Notes under the pieces: model-generated | Databases searched by the model: none | What the model was told of the DNA's origin: nothing | Seen by the model: the letters and a program-made list of their open reading frames with translations, nothing else | Shown: in pieces, positions 63,023-64,000 of the stretch | Numbering within the stretch: the first letter of the stretch is position 1 | Layout of the letters: each line of letters opens with the position of its first letter | From: a virus | Lineage: Duplodnaviria > Heunggongvirae > Uroviricota > Caudoviricetes | Reading direction: 5' to 3' (one strand) | IMG/VR virus record: IMGVR_UViG_2875703104_000004 | Length of the DNA stretch: 64,000 nt | Position numbers and translations under genes: made by a program

Positions 63023-64000
63023 ATGGGAAAAGGTGGCGGTAAGGCACACACGCCTCGTGAGGCGAAGGATAATCTCAAATCCACGCAGATGATGAGTGTG
63101 ATTGATGCGATTGGTGAGGGACCGATAGAAGGTCCGGTGAAGGGACTGCAGAGTATTCTGGTGAACAAAACCCCACTGACGGACACGGACGGCAATCCCG
63201 TGATACACGGTGTGACGGCGGTCTGGCGTGCCGGGGAGCAGGAGCAGACACCACCGGAAGGCTTTGAGTCCTCCGGAGCTGAAACCGGACTGGGTGTGGA
63301 AGTGACGAAGGCAAAGCCGGTGACGCGCACCATTACGTCCGCGAACATTGACCGCCTGCGGGTTACCTTCGGGGTGCAGTCACTGGTGCAGACCACGTCA
63401 AAGGGCGACCGTAACCCGGCATCCGTCCGCCTGCTGATTCAGTTACAGCGTAATGGCCGCTGGGTGACGGAAAAGGATGTCACCATTAACGGCAAGACCA
63501 CCTCGCAGTTCCTGGCCTCGGTGATTCTGGATAATCTGCCGCCCCGGCCCTTTAACATCCGGATGGTCCGGGAGACGGCGGACAGCACCACGGACCAGTT
63601 GCAGAACAGAACGCTCTGGTCATCGTACACTGAAATCATCGATGTGAAACAGTGCTACCCGAACACGGCCATTGTGGGGCTGCAGGTGGATGCGGAGCAG
63701 TTCGGCGGCCAGCAGATGACGGTGAACTACCATATCCGCGGTCGCATCATTCAGGTGCCGTCAAACTATGACCCGGAAAAACGCACGTACAGTGGTATCT
63801 GGGACGGCAGTCTGAAACCGGCATACAGCAACAATCCGGCCTGGTGTCTGTGGGACATGCTGACTCACCCGCGCTACGGCATGGGAAAACGTCTGGGGGC
63901 GGCGGATGTGGACAAGTGGGCGCTGTATGCCATCGGGCAGTACTGCGACCAGACGGTCCCGGATGGTTTCGGGGGGACCGAGCCGCGGATGACCTTTAAT
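63023..64000 (+). CDS. J: Host-specificity tail tip protein J (copy 3), 5' partial
   Basis: ATG 63023 with RBS; MGKGGGKAHTPREAKDNLKSTQMMSVIDAIGEGPIEGPV...; open to window end. Confidence 0.9.
   Translation, partial: MGKGGGKAHTPREAKDNLKSTQMMSVIDAIGEGPIEGPVKGLQSILVNKTPLTDTDGNPVIHGVTAVWRAGEQEQTPPEGFESSGAETGLGVEVTKAKPVTRTITSANIDRLRVTFGVQSLVQTTSKGDRNPASVRLLIQLQRNGRWVTEKDVTINGKTTSQFLASVILDNLPPRPFNIRMVRETADSTTDQLQNRTLWSSYTEIIDVKQCYPNTAIVGLQVDAEQFGGQQMTVNYHIRGRIIQVPSNYDPEKRTYSGIWDGSLKPAYSNNPAWCLWDMLTHPRYGMGKRLGAADVDKWALYAIGQYCDQTVPDGFGGTEPRMTFN

Larger units (their letters stand above)
42146..64000 (+). mobile_element. Third lambdoid late region: lysis cassette, HNH-terS-terL, HK97-type head, lambda-like tail tip
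   Basis: Collinear late-operon gene order on the plus strand; joined abruptly to copy 2 at ~41950. Confidence 0.75.

Noticed and set aside
62701-63042. 113-aa plus-strand ORF in the I-J insertion
   Set aside because: No RBS, low-complexity sequence, reads through two terminator hairpins and overlaps the J start.

Overview
The whole window is lambdoid prophage DNA from an Escherichia/Shigella-type genome, with no rRNA, tRNA, CRISPR or integrase found. Layout: (1) 536-5500, a DLP12-like nin/late-control/lysis module (ybcN-ninE-ybcO-rusA-ylcG-quuD', a porin gene remnant, pinholin essD, SAR endolysin rrrD, rzpD/rzoD, borD) ending at a lambda-type cos site; (2) 5672-25570, a lambda-like head-tail module (Nu1 to J, then a truncated stf) with disrupted B, H and J; (3) 25430-26910, a moron block (TonB-C-like lipoprotein, small minus-strand ORFs) and a tandemly duplicated cos; (4) 27074-41949, a second, ~85-95% identical head-tail module (Nu1 to L); (5) 41950-64000, a third late region with its own pinholin/SAR-endolysin/Rz-Rz1 cassette, HNH endonuclease, terS/terL, HK97-type head genes and a lambda-like tail tip (M-L-K-I-J, J running off the window). 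The record is a low-quality draft: N runs are flanked by ~116-400 bp duplicated segments, some carrying SNPs of the paralogous copy, so several frameshifts and junctions may be assembly artefacts. No clear novel multi-gene system was found; the best candidates for unexplained biology are a strong minus-strand promoter-terminator cassette inserted between I and J of copy 3 (possible sRNA), the prophage lipoprotein with a TonB C-terminal domain, and a cysteine-rich secreted peptide next to cos. All protein identifications rest on recalled similarity to lambda, phage 21, HK97 and DLP12/Qin proteins, not on a database search.
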